NCBI GenBank assembly: GCA_964291265.2
Contig: OZ219747.1
Location: forward strand, 2,688,001 to 2,752,000
DNA from: Alphaproteobacteria bacterium
Lineage (GTDB): Bacteria; Pseudomonadota; Alphaproteobacteria; SP197
Direction of reading: 5' to 3'
Length of the DNA: 64,000 bases
A program made the position numbers and the translations under genes. Below, piece by piece: positions 29,303 through 41,037 of this stretch (the stretch's first letter is position 1; every line of letters starts with the position of its first letter). The notes below the pieces were generated by a model. The model was not told the origin of the DNA. It made no database searches and was given only the letters and a program-made list of their open reading frames with translations.

Positions 29303-29947
29303 ATGGAACTCTTTGCTGATCCGATCACGGTGAACTGCCGCAAGGTGCTCGCCGGTCTGCACCTGCTTGGCGCTGACTTCGAACTCACTAAGGTCGATTA
29401 CTTCGCCGGTGAGCAGGCGGGCGAGGCCTTTCGGAAGATCAATCCGAATGCGGCGCTGCCGGCGCTCAGGGACGGTGACCTCGTGCTCTGGGAATCGAAC
29501 GCCATCCTGCAGTACGCCGCCGAGAAGACGGATCGCAGGGACTGCTATCCCGTGGAGCCCTCTGCCCGCGCCGATGTCAATCGCTGGCTGCTGTGGGAAG
29601 CCGCCTCGTGGTTTCCTTCCTGCTACATCTACCTGGTCGAGAACTGCGTGAAACCCTTGCTCGGCGACACCACCGATCCTGCCGTTCTCGCCGGGGAGGC
29701 CGACAACTTCCACAAGCTCGCCGGCATTCTCGATGATCGCCTGGCGGACAATCCCTGGCTTGCCGGCGACTCCGTGACGATTGCCGACATCGCGGTGGCC
29801 GCACCGATGCACCTCCACGCGTGGGCACGACTGCCGCTGGATGACCATCCCAATCTGGTTCGCTGGATGACCGAAGGCGTCGAACAGCTCGAATGCTGGA
29901 AGGCCACCCATGTAGGCGAGGGATTCGTCGTCGGCCCCCCATCCTGA
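29303..29947 (+). CDS. Glutathione S-transferase
   Basis: INPNAALPAL, LWESNAILQY, TIADI. Confidence 0.93.
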   Translation: MELFADPITVNCRKVLAGLHLLGADFELTKVDYFAGEQAGEAFRKINPNAALPALRDGDLVLWESNAILQYAAEKTDRRDCYPVEPSARADVNRWLLWEAASWFPSCYIYLVENCVKPLLGDTTDPAVLAGEADNFHKLAGILDDRLADNPWLAGDSVTIADIAVAAPMHLHAWARLPLDDHPNLVRWMTEGVEQLECWKATHVGEGFVVGPPS

Positions 29948-29966
29948 TCAAGGGGGGAATGGAGGG

Positions 29967-30860
29967 TCAGCGTCCGAGGACGAGGACCAGGATCCCGGCG
30001 GCGATCGCCAGAATGCCGGCGAACTCCGCGATGCTGGTCTGTTCCCGGAAGATCACCCGCGAGGCGATGAAGGTGAAGACCAGCTCGACCTGGCCCAGGG
30101 CGCGGACATGGGCGGCATTCTCGATCGTCATGGCCGTGAACCAGCATGCGGACGCCAGCATGCCGGTCAGCCCGACAAGCCCGGAGACCCGCCAGCTGCG
30201 GAAGGCTTCGGCGAGGACCTGACGCCGCCGCGCGATGAGCCACGCGGTCATGATCACGGTCTGCCATGCGGTGACGACCAGCAGCGTGAAGGCAGCCTGC
30301 ATCAGGTAACCGTCCCCGCCCAGCGACAGCGACGCCGCGCGCACCGACACCGAGGTGAGGGCAAAGAGCCCTCCGGACGCGAGGCCGATGGGAATGGCGC
30401 GGCCGGAGAATTCCCGGGCGTCCGTGGCGGCGCGCGCGATGCTGAGGATCAGCACGCCGGCAAGGCTGACGACGATCCCGGTCAGTGCACCCATACTCAG
30501 GGGATCACCGAGGACGAGAAGGCCGATGATGGCTGCCTGGACCGTTTCCGTCTTGGAATAGGCCGTGCCGGCAGCGAAGCTTCGCAGCGAGAAGAGCGCC
30601 ACGAGAAAAAGTGTGGCGAGGATCTGCGCCAGGCCCGCGATACCGGCAAAGACCAGGAACGTGATGTCTGGCAGTGGCAGCGGATGGCCGCCAACGACGA
30701 ACAGTCCGGCGACCCAGCAAAGGGCAAGGGGCGCCGCGTAGACGAATCGGACATAGGTGGCGCCGACGGTATCCAGTCTGCCGCGCAGATGCTTCTGCAG
30801 GGCCGAGCGGGCGTTCTGCAGAAAGGCCGCGGCGACGGTGATCGGGATCCACAATTCCAT
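29967..30860 (-). CDS. DMT/EamA-family transporter
   Basis: Multiple hydrophobic helices; FLQNARSALQK, YSKTE, ALGQVE. Confidence 0.88.
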   Translation of the reverse strand: MELWIPITVAAAFLQNARSALQKHLRGRLDTVGATYVRFVYAAPLALCWVAGLFVVGGHPLPLPDITFLVFAGIAGLAQILATLFLVALFSLRSFAAGTAYSKTETVQAAIIGLLVLGDPLSMGALTGIVVSLAGVLILSIARAATDAREFSGRAIPIGLASGGLFALTSVSVRAASLSLGGDGYLMQAAFTLLVVTAWQTVIMTAWLIARRRQVLAEAFRSWRVSGLVGLTGMLASACWFTAMTIENAAHVRALGQVELVFTFIASRVIFREQTSIAEFAGILAIAAGILVLVLGR

Positions 30861-31025
30861 CAGCGATGACCTCTTGTCGTCGGCGCACCGTGAGGGGCCG
30901 GGTCGATCGGTACGCGGTTCGGCGCCTCCTTGTCCACGGGCGTGCGTCGTGATCAGCCAGCCGGGCGATTCACGTCGACAGGAGCGACGTCATGAGAACG
31001 GCGGATACCTCGATCCCGCCGCAGG

Positions 31026-31355
31026 TCAACCCTTCGGGAACGGAATGACGTTGCCTCTGTCGTCTGTCTCGTTGGTGTTGATCGTGATGGTCAGAGGATC
31101 GCCTTCGCCATCGGCGGTCTTCGCACGGATCTCCACCTCGTACACGACCCCGGGCTCCAGGTCGACAAAGGTACACGTCGGCAAGGGCGACTCGAATCCA
31201 GGCCCCCACGGCACCGAGCCCTTCTCGCGTATGCGGATGACATGGGTAACAGACGATTCCCACCGTGCATCGATCGTCCGACCGTCATCGACCGGAAGCG
31301 ATACGTGCCAGGCCTTGCCATCCCACGTGATCTTCGGACTTGCGATGTCGGTCAT
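31026..31355 (-). CDS. Small stand-alone fibronectin type III domain protein
   Basis: W...VIRIRE....W......FVDLEPGVVYEVEIRAKTADGEG Fn3 pattern; ATGA overlap with the upstream gene. Confidence 0.7.
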   Translation of the reverse strand: MTDIASPKITWDGKAWHVSLPVDDGRTIDARWESSVTHVIRIREKGSVPWGPGFESPLPTCTFVDLEPGVVYEVEIRAKTADGEGDPLTITINTNETDDRGNVIPFPKG

Positions 31356-33073
31356 CGAGGCGTCCATTCCTCGATCCGGTACTCGGTTCGCAGGAACTGC
31401 CTGCGAGTCTGGAGTCCTTCAAACACCTCGTCGGCATTCATTCGTTCAAGAGAATCGAGCGTCAGGGATGATCGGGCTTCGGCATAGAAGCGGTCGCTGC
31501 ACCGTTCCACGTAAGCCTCTTGCCACCATGTGCAGATCCGGTCCCTGGCGCCCTCGAGAGCCTCAGCCGATGGAAGGCGCGCACACTTCTCATTCTGATT
31601 GACGTGCCTGTGGGCGGGAAGGAGGTTCCACAGGGCATCGCAAGGCCAGGCCGCCCATGGCATGCAGTGATCGATGTTGAGGCTCCTGCTGTCAAGCCTG
31701 CGGCCCGTCCAGACGCAATGGAGGGTCCCCGATTCGAGAAGATTCCGGGAGATCTCGCGGGCATCGCCGACATCGCGGTCAGGGTCGGACCAACGCATGG
31801 CGTCGGCGGCCTCTTGATGATTGAACTCTTCGCCCTGCCTCGCTGCCCAGTCGGACATCAGCTTGGTCCACTCGGCGACAAGCGCCGGCTCGATCCAGGC
31901 GTCATGGCGCCTGAGCGAGTTCCACAAGTGGACGGGGACGCGAAGGCTGCCGAACTGTGCCAGGTACCCCTGGTCGATGAGAAGTGACCCGGGCGCCGCC
32001 TTGCTTCTTTCCCTGTGCGCTTCGAACACCTGGTCGCTGGAACCCGGCAATGTCATGTGTCTGATCGGCATTTCGACGATGTTGGCGGCGGCATCCCGTA
32101 ACGCCCTGTGCAGGCCATGGGCCTCGGAACCCGAGAAACTGCGGCCGACACGCAGGTCGAAGGCGGCGACATCGCTGATCGCATGCCAGCCTTCCTGGTG
32201 GATGAACCCGAGACTGAAGACGTCGTGGCGGCCGGGGCGTTGTCGCAGGCCGGCGCCGACCAGCGGCTTGTAGAGTCTGAGCCAGTTGAGGGCAACGAGA
32301 CCGAGGGGCACGGTGACGAACTTGTCGTCATCATGGTGCGCCATGCCGGGGGCGCCGTCGGCGGCCCGCGCCACGGCGCGGAGCAGGCCGAGCTTGTAGG
32401 TCGCTGACTTCCTGTCGTTGAGGATGATGTGGCGAAGCAGGGGGAGCGCGCCCGTGCCGTCATCGGGAAGCTGCAGGGCCACCTGCTCCCACCTGATGCC
32501 GGGACGGTTCAGACTGTCTGGCGTGATGTCCCTGGCAAGCGTCATGGCGCCATGGCGGCGGGCGAGGGATTCAATGTCGGCCGCGGTGGAGCGGTGCATG
32601 CCGTCGTCGGCGTCGTTGCCGCCGACACGCAGCGCGAAGATCATGAGCCCGCCGGGCTTGAGGACGCTGATGAGCTTGCGAAAGGCACGCGGCCGCTCAT
32701 TCGGATGGACATGCATCCACACGGCATTGAGCAGAATGACGTCGTAGCTCAGGCCCCTTCCGACAACGCGTCCGAGCGTCGGCAGGCCATCGCGGATCCA
32801 GGTGATTCGCGGTGTCGGGTGTCTTCGTTGCGCTTCGGCGAGCATCGTCGCCGAAGGGTCGACAGCCACGACCTCGTAGCCCCTTGCAGCGAACCACGCG
32901 GCGTCGCGGCCCGATCCGGCGCCGACATCGAGCACGGCAGACGGTGGAGCCGGCAGGCGATCGGCGAACCAGGCATGGAGCGCATCGGGGTCGACGGATT
33001 CATAGCGCTCGGCAAGGGCGCGTCCCGCATCGCCCTCGTACCTGCCCATCTGGCTGGGTGTCCTGGCCATCAT
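31352..33073 (-). CDS. Class I SAM-methyltransferase fused to an HNH endonuclease
   Basis: VLDVGAGSGRDA, AVWMH, LKPGG; KSATYKLGLL; CVWTG...IDHCMPW...WNLLP....VN..K. Confidence 0.88.
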   Translation of the reverse strand: MMARTPSQMGRYEGDAGRALAERYESVDPDALHAWFADRLPAPPSAVLDVGAGSGRDAAWFAARGYEVVAVDPSATMLAEAQRRHPTPRITWIRDGLPTLGRVVGRGLSYDVILLNAVWMHVHPNERPRAFRKLISVLKPGGLMIFALRVGGNDADDGMHRSTAADIESLARRHGAMTLARDITPDSLNRPGIRWEQVALQLPDDGTGALPLLRHIILNDRKSATYKLGLLRAVARAADGAPGMAHHDDDKFVTVPLGLVALNWLRLYKPLVGAGLRQRPGRHDVFSLGFIHQEGWHAISDVAAFDLRVGRSFSGSEAHGLHRALRDAAANIVEMPIRHMTLPGSSDQVFEAHRERSKAAPGSLLIDQGYLAQFGSLRVPVHLWNSLRRHDAWIEPALVAEWTKLMSDWAARQGEEFNHQEAADAMRWSDPDRDVGDAREISRNLLESGTLHCVWTGRRLDSRSLNIDHCMPWAAWPCDALWNLLPAHRHVNQNEKCARLPSAEALEGARDRICTWWQEAYVERCSDRFYAEARSSLTLDSLERMNADEVFEGLQTRRQFLRTEYRIEEWTPR

Positions 33074-33183
33074 CGGAGAATAGACCCATCGGGACCCTGT
33101 AAGAAGGTCTCGCCGGGTGAAGGTAGGGGATGTTCCGCAGGCCTGTCGCAGCTATGGTGAGGGCAGGAAACCGGAGAAGCAGC

Positions 33184-34320
33184 ATGGATACGGGGTTGAT
33201 CAGCTTTGCCAGCGGCAACGCCAATCCGGAGACCTTTCCGGCCGCGGATTTCGCCGAAGCCGCCGCCGACGTGATGCGCACCATGGCGGTGGATCTCACC
33301 ACCTATCCGGGGAGCCTCGGTCATGAAGGGCTGCGCCGGTTGATGGCCCGGCGCGAAATGGATCGTGAGGGGACAGCGGTCGATCCCGATCACGTGCTGA
33401 TCACCAACGGGTCGATGCAGGCCGTCACCCTGGCAGTGGAGACACTGTGCACCGGCGTGGACGACATCGTCGTCATGGAGGAGCTCAGCTATTCGGGAAG
33501 CATCGTTGCCTTCGGGGCCATGGGAATCGAGATGGTGGGCATTCCGGTCGATGGCGATGGCATGGTGATGGAGGCCCTCGAGGACACCCTCCGGTCGCTG
33601 GCGAGTGAGGGACGTCGACCCCGCTGCATCTACACCCTCGCCACCTACCAGAATCCAACCGGCACGGTGATGCCGCGGTCCCGCCGCCTGGAGATGATCG
33701 CCATGGCCGGGCGTCATGGCATCCCGATCGTCGAGGACAACTGTTACGCAGACGTCCACTTCGACGGTGAGGTCCCTCCGGCCCTCTACGCGCTCGATCC
33801 GTCCCCCTCGCTGATCTACCTGTGTTCCCTGTCCAAGATCTTCGCTCCCGGCGTGCGCCTCGGCTACATGGTGGCGCGGCCGCCCATGCTCGACAACGTG
33901 CTGGCGAAGCGTCATGACGCTGGACCCAACACCCTGGCGTCCGCCATCACCCATGCATACCTCAAGGACTGTCTGTGGGAGCATGTCGACATGGCCAACC
34001 GGGCGCTGAAGATCAAGCGCGACACCATGATGAACGCCCTCAGGCGGGAACTGGGCAACGCGTGTTCCGTTGTCCGGCCGCCTGGTGGCCTCTTCATCTG
34101 GGTCCGGCTGCCCGACGATGTCGATCCCGCCCGTCTCGTCGACGTGGCCCGTGACGAGGGGGTGGAGGTCGTCGACGGTTCGGCATTCCACGTGAGGAAC
34201 GACGCCGGTGCGGTCATCCGCCTGGCCTTCGGCTTCCCGCCGGTCGAGGACATCGACGAGGGTGTTCGCCGTCTCGGCGTCAGTCTGCGCAAGGTCCGCG
34301 GCGATTCGCCTGGACCATGA
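33184..34320 (+). CDS. PLP-dependent aminotransferase class I/II
   Basis: ITNGSMQA, YQNPTG, VEDNCY, SLSKIFAPGVRLG, GGLFIW. Confidence 0.93.
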   Translation: MDTGLISFASGNANPETFPAADFAEAAADVMRTMAVDLTTYPGSLGHEGLRRLMARREMDREGTAVDPDHVLITNGSMQAVTLAVETLCTGVDDIVVMEELSYSGSIVAFGAMGIEMVGIPVDGDGMVMEALEDTLRSLASEGRRPRCIYTLATYQNPTGTVMPRSRRLEMIAMAGRHGIPIVEDNCYADVHFDGEVPPALYALDPSPSLIYLCSLSKIFAPGVRLGYMVARPPMLDNVLAKRHDAGPNTLASAITHAYLKDCLWEHVDMANRALKIKRDTMMNALRRELGNACSVVRPPGGLFIWVRLPDDVDPARLVDVARDEGVEVVDGSAFHVRNDAGAVIRLAFGFPPVEDIDEGVRRLGVSLRKVRGDSPGP

Positions 34321-35222
34321 GGACATTCCTCAGCGCTTGCGGATTACGAGGAGAGCTGGCGCCGTGTGCACGCAGACATGCGCCGGCGCGGCCATGCCGC
34401 AACCCTTGTGATCGGCCGCGGTGGTGATGTTCCCCGCCATCCGGTCACGAGGTCGGCAACCCGCTCGACACGGTGTGCTTGTTCTCGGCTCTCCTGTCCG
34501 GGGATGGCGGCCAACCGCAACGCCTGATCGATGGTCCCGAATCGCGCCGTGATCGCCACGAGGCATGTCGGCGGTCACAACGATCCCGTGTCCGCTGCCG
34601 GCCGTGACGTGCCACGCTCGAGCGGCCTTGTCAGGGGCTGGCTCGACAGCATCGCCTGCCAGGGAAACCGGCTCGACCCCCGCCGCACGGCGGTCGCCGG
34701 CGGCCGGCCGACAGACGTGCAAAGGCCCCCATCGAGAACGGCGTGACGATCGTGAACACGTTGATCGAGGCCATCCGGCCGGGTGTCCTCGTCGACGATG
34801 CGGCGCGCCCTGAAGACAGGGATGACGGCGGGGCTCCAGCCAGGTGAAGCACCCGGTAGCCGTTCCATGCACCTGGTTCCCGGTCTCTGCCGGGAACATC
34901 CCCCGTGTCGGTCCGGCCTCAAGGCGTGTGAAGCGCACGAATGCTTCGAAACGGGCAGCGCCGCGCATGAACGAAGTCTCATGATTCATGCTGGCGGAAA
35001 CGAAGTTCTCGTCAACCCTGCCGATTCCAGGTGGCACGTGCCGGTGATCGGGGCGGGTCCGGGCGCCTGTGGTGCGCTCTTCAGCGTTTCGTTGACAGCA
35101 ATCCGGCAATAAATGTACCGTCAATCATCGGATTGTCTGGATCGCGTGTGACAGGCTTCGCGCCGGCAGTTCGGGCGCAGGCATCTCGTGTCGGTTGGCC
35201 ACCGGCGTCATGGGAGGTGTTC

Positions 35223-36608
<1,386 letters not shown>

Positions 36609-36654
36609 TGGAGACGGACAACCCTCTACCCGGGATGCGCCTGGCGAGGTTCCG

Positions 36655-38061
36655 TTGACGGATCTCTGGTGGCGAAGAAGCGCCATCGAGACGGCGACGG
36701 CGATCAGACGCCGGGAGGTGAGTGCTCTCGAGGTGGTGGAGAGTCACATCGCCCGCATGGACCAGGTCAACGCGCACGTGAATGCCGTCACCGTGCGCAT
36801 GGACGAAGAGGCACGCCGCGCCGCGCGTGCTGCCGACGACGCCATGGCTGCCGGTACTCCTGTGGGACCGCTGCACGGGGTGCCTGTCACCATCAAGGAA
36901 AATGTCGACGTGGCCGGGCAGGCGACCACCAACGGCATTCCGGCCTTCGCGGATCATGTGGCGGGCGCGGACTCTCCTGTCGTTGCCCATCTCAGGAAGG
37001 CCGGCGCCATCATCATCGGCCGTACCAACACCCCGGAATTCAGCTTCCGCTGGTTCACCGACAATCCACTGCGCGGCGCCACCCTCAATCCCTGGAACCG
37101 GGATGTCACGCCCGGCGGTTCGGGAGGCGGCGGCAGCGCGTCCCTCGCTGCGGGTATCGGCTGCATCGCCCATGGAAACGACGTGGGCGGATCACTGCGC
37201 TACCCCGCCTTTGCCTGTGGTGTCGCGACCGTTCGCCCGACTATCGGGCGTGTCCCGGCGTTCAATCCATCAGCCGCAGCCGAACGCCCGCCGATGTTCC
37301 AGCTGATGTCGGTCCAGGGGCCGATGGCGCGCGAGGTAGGGGACGTGCGCCTTGCCCTCGAGGTCATGGCGGCAGGCGATCCCCGGGATCCGTGGTGGGT
37401 GCCTGCGCCGGTTGCGCCTCCTCCTCCCGATCGCAAGCCCAGGGTCGCCGTCACGCCTGACCCCGGCGCCATGGGAGTTCATCCGAGTCAACGCGACGCG
37501 GTGACGACCGCCGCCAATGCCCTTGCTGCAGCCGGGTACGATGTCATCGAGGCCGAACCTCCGCGCATCGGCGATGCCATGCGGTGCTGGGAACGTCTGA
37601 TTGCCACCGAACTGACATTCTTCATGGAACGGGACATCCGCCGCCATGGCGGCCATGCGATAAACCGCAAGCTCGATTTCATCAGGACCAACGTAGCGAC
37701 GCTCGATCTCGAGTCCTATCTCGCGCTGCTGTGCGAACGACAGACCCTGTTGCGTGAATGGCTCCTCTTCCTCGAGGACTATCCCCTGGTTCTCGGCCCG
37801 GTGTCCACGGAGCCGCAGTTTTCGGTGGACGACGACCTTGTGAGCGCCGCCCGTCTCGGTGAGATCTTCGTGGCCAATCGGCTGCTGACGAGTGTCAATT
37901 TTCTCGGCCTTCCGGCAGCCGGCGTGTCGGTGGGCCTCGCCGACGGGTTGCCACTCGGAGTGCAGGTCGTCGGCAACCGCTACCGCGAGGACATGACGCT
38001 CGATGCCGCCGCAGCCATCGAGAACGCGACAGGGACATTGACGCCGCTCGACCCGCTCTGA
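36655..38061 (+). CDS. Amidase (amidase signature family)
   Basis: GPLHGVPVTIKE, GRTNTPEF, PGGSGGG, GNDVGGSLRYPA. Confidence 0.95.
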   Translation: MTDLWWRRSAIETATAIRRREVSALEVVESHIARMDQVNAHVNAVTVRMDEEARRAARAADDAMAAGTPVGPLHGVPVTIKENVDVAGQATTNGIPAFADHVAGADSPVVAHLRKAGAIIIGRTNTPEFSFRWFTDNPLRGATLNPWNRDVTPGGSGGGGSASLAAGIGCIAHGNDVGGSLRYPAFACGVATVRPTIGRVPAFNPSAAAERPPMFQLMSVQGPMAREVGDVRLALEVMAAGDPRDPWWVPAPVAPPPPDRKPRVAVTPDPGAMGVHPSQRDAVTTAANALAAAGYDVIEAEPPRIGDAMRCWERLIATELTFFMERDIRRHGGHAINRKLDFIRTNVATLDLESYLALLCERQTLLREWLLFLEDYPLVLGPVSTEPQFSVDDDLVSAARLGEIFVANRLLTSVNFLGLPAAGVSVGLADGLPLGVQVVGNRYREDMTLDAAAAIENATGTLTPLDPL

Positions 38062-38076
38062 TCCGTCGCGGCCGTC

Positions 38077-41037
38077 GTGACGCCACCACCGGGCATCGGG
38101 CATGATGGGGTCATGCCTCGATGGCCCAGACCTCCCGGAAGAACCATTGCGGTCGTCTTGCTTGTGACCGGCACGGTCATGATCGCCGGTCTCCATGGCG
38201 CCCGCCGCGAGATCGCAGGATGGCTGCTCGACCGCAGCCTTGGCCATGCGGTTGCCGAATTCGAGGTGGGGGAGGTGACGTTCGGGACCGTCGCCATGAC
38301 GAATGTCGTGCTCGAATCCGGAGACACGATCGAAGAGGCGCGGGTCCTCTGGAGTCTCGATGGACTCGCTTCCGGCCATCTCGACCGGCTGACTCTCAGA
38401 GGCTGGAAGTCGCACTGGCCCGGCCTGTCACAGACGTTTGTCGACGTGACCTCCCTGGCGGCTGGCATTGTTGCCGAGGACACGCGTCTCGACATTGCCG
38501 GGCCGTGGGGCGCCATCACCCTTCGCTTCGACGCGAAGCTTGACGATCAACTGAACGGGTGGACGGGCACCGGGAACTGGCGGGCGGCATTCGCAGGGCT
38601 GGAGGGTGGCGGTGATCTTGTCTTCGGCTGGCACGGTGTCGACGACCGGGCGGTGATTGACATCACGCCCGGCAAGGATGACGCCAGTCTCCCTGGTGGC
38701 CGCATCGTGGTGGATGGTGTGACGAGCCCTCGGCCGGAAGTCGGGGTCCGTCTGATGTGGTCCGACCTCGCAGCAGGTGACCTCGAGATCGATGGAACCC
38801 TGGACGGATCCGGCATCAAGGGGACGGCCACCCTCTCCGCCGGGGGGATGCCTCTTGCCGCCGACTTCCGTGTCACCGGCGACGGCGGGATCTGGCGGGT
38901 GGAAGGGGTGCTGACGTCGGGCACGTCGCTCCACGCGGACCTGCGACTCGAGGCTCGAATCACGGATGCTGCCGAACCGGCGAGCTGGACGATCACGGGC
39001 GACGGTGTCGCGGAGACAGCTGACCTGCGTCTGGGGTCATGGCTGGCCATGGAGAGCGCGATCATCGCCGCGGATCTCTCCTTCCAAGATGGTCGCTGGC
39101 GGGCATCGCTCGGTGCGCCCCTTTCCCTCGTTCTCCATCCAGACGATGGACCGCGCCTTGACCTTGCCATGAAGACGTTCTCGCTTGAGGCGACGCCGCA
39201 GGGAGACGGCGTGGACCTCGTCGTCGACCTCGAGGCATCGGGCGAGGTGGCAGGCCGGGGCCGGGGCCGGGCCCTCATCGGGGCCGATGTCACATTCGAT
39301 CATGCCGGGCGTGTTGTCGCACTCGGGATTCCAGGCATCGATCTCGTCATGGAGGGTGACGTGTCAGGTCATGTGACCGCATCGGCCAACGTGACCGGCG
39401 GCCCGGATGCCTGGCGGGGAGACATTGGAATTCACGGTCTCCTGGATCGGGTGACGATGGCTGACACCACCTTCCACGACATCGCTCTCGACCTTCCACT
39501 GACACTGGCCAGCGGAACCGGAGACCGCCTCTTCGACAGTGACTCCTCGGCTCTCCTGCATGTCGGCGAGGTTCGCAACGATTCCCTGGTCATGGGTGGC
39601 GTGGACCTGGAGTTGCCGTTCGGAATCGATGTCATGGAACGTGGAATCGAGGTTCGTCAGAGCGACACCGGATGGATCGACTTGCAGACGCTTACCCATG
39701 GTCCCGTGCGCCTGGTGGGCCCCGTGTCGGTCAAGCTCGAGAGAGAGTCCCTTCCTCTCCTTGTCCTTGAACGGCTGGGTCATGATCTTTCCTGGGATCT
39801 GCGTCTGCAACTCAGCGATACACCGCTGCGCGCCGTCGTCCTCGACGACACGCAACGTCCCGTGACAATCGAGGGAGTGTTGCCGGAACTCGGGATCCAT
39901 CTCGAGAGTCTCGGGGCCCAGTACCTGCAGGCAACCATGGATGCAGAAGGCGGTGATCTCGTCGTCAGCGGGCCGGACCTCAGGGTCAGGGATGTCCGCG
40001 CTCTCCTCAATTACAATTCGGGTCTGTCTCCCTGGCCGCAGCTCAGCGCCGATATCAGGGAGATCGAAGACTTGAGAGACCCGCAGCGCTTCACCCGGAT
40101 GTCGGTGGATGTGGTGGCGACGCCGGTGTGGCCGGACGGCGACGATGCACGGCTGTCGATGACCCTTCACGCCGACGAGGCCCGGTTCCTCGGTGCCGTC
40201 GATGCCCGCTATATGCCGGACCGGGACCGTCTCGAGGTTTCCGTCAGGACCGTCAGTGCGCTGTTCGAGGTCCCGGGCCTGCAGCCGAGGGACCTCTCCC
40301 CCCTCTATGGTGCGCCCTTCAGCGATGTTCGTGGAGGCGTGGCTGTCACGGGAACACTCTGGTTCGAAGGAGCAGAGTCCGGCGCCGATCTTGCCGTCAC
40401 CATCGACGATGTCTCCGCCAGGACCGCCGGCGTCCGGGTACAGCACGCTTCCGGTACCAGCACCTTCACCCGCCTCCTGCCGCTGGAGACGTCGTCTGCC
40501 CAGACATTCACGATCGCCGCTCTCGATGCCCTCGTGCCTCTCCATGATGTCGAGGTGTCGGTCTCCTGGCCCGGCGACGGCAGGCTGGTGGTGGAGAGGG
40601 TCGTGGCCCGCCTGCCCACGGGCCGGTCTTTCAGGGTCGAACCCGTGGGCCGTGACGGCCACACGATGAGATTCCGTCTCTCCGGCCTCGATGCCGGATC
40701 ACTGCTTGATCATGCGGGAGTGGCGGGACTGGCTCTGGAGAGTCTTCTCGATGGCGAGGTCGACGTGTTGTCCGGCGAGGACGGTCTCGTGATTGACATG
40801 GCCGAGCTGCGTACCTCGTCGCCAGGGGTGGTTGTCCTCGCCGACCGCGGAGAGCGGGTCTACGATGCACTGGCGTTCCACTTTGACCGCGAGGAAGGGA
40901 CATCCGGATCGATGCATGTCACGATGACGCAAGGCAGGTGCCGGTTGCACCGGGAATTCTCTCTCGGTCACGGCATCGACGCGCTGGCCGGCGCAGTCGC
41001 GGCATGGATGGGTGACGCCCGATGCGACAGCACGTGA
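38077..41037 (+). CDS. YdbH/AsmA-like large envelope protein
   Basis: N-terminal TM anchor, long amphipathic beta-strand pattern, C-terminal LPLETSSAQTFTI..LD...PL.D; start uncertain. Confidence 0.6.
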   Translation: MTPPPGIGHDGVMPRWPRPPGRTIAVVLLVTGTVMIAGLHGARREIAGWLLDRSLGHAVAEFEVGEVTFGTVAMTNVVLESGDTIEEARVLWSLDGLASGHLDRLTLRGWKSHWPGLSQTFVDVTSLAAGIVAEDTRLDIAGPWGAITLRFDAKLDDQLNGWTGTGNWRAAFAGLEGGGDLVFGWHGVDDRAVIDITPGKDDASLPGGRIVVDGVTSPRPEVGVRLMWSDLAAGDLEIDGTLDGSGIKGTATLSAGGMPLAADFRVTGDGGIWRVEGVLTSGTSLHADLRLEARITDAAEPASWTITGDGVAETADLRLGSWLAMESAIIAADLSFQDGRWRASLGAPLSLVLHPDDGPRLDLAMKTFSLEATPQGDGVDLVVDLEASGEVAGRGRGRALIGADVTFDHAGRVVALGIPGIDLVMEGDVSGHVTASANVTGGPDAWRGDIGIHGLLDRVTMADTTFHDIALDLPLTLASGTGDRLFDSDSSALLHVGEVRNDSLVMGGVDLELPFGIDVMERGIEVRQSDTGWIDLQTLTHGPVRLVGPVSVKLERESLPLLVLERLGHDLSWDLRLQLSDTPLRAVVLDDTQRPVTIEGVLPELGIHLESLGAQYLQATMDAEGGDLVVSGPDLRVRDVRALLNYNSGLSPWPQLSADIREIEDLRDPQRFTRMSVDVVATPVWPDGDDARLSMTLHADEARFLGAVDARYMPDRDRLEVSVRTVSALFEVPGLQPRDLSPLYGAPFSDVRGGVAVTGTLWFEGAESGADLAVTIDDVSARTAGVRVQHASGTSTFTRLLPLETSSAQTFTIAALDALVPLHDVEVSVSWPGDGRLVVERVVARLPTGRSFRVEPVGRDGHTMRFRLSGLDAGSLLDHAGVAGLALESLLDGEVDVLSGEDGLVIDMAELRTSSPGVVVLADRGERVYDALAFHFDREEGTSGSMHVTMTQGRCRLHREFSLGHGIDALAGAVAAWMGDARCDST

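Noticed and set aside
34330-35124. ORFs between the aminotransferase and amtB
   Set aside because: No family motif in any single frame; possibly a decayed gene, but I cannot assign it
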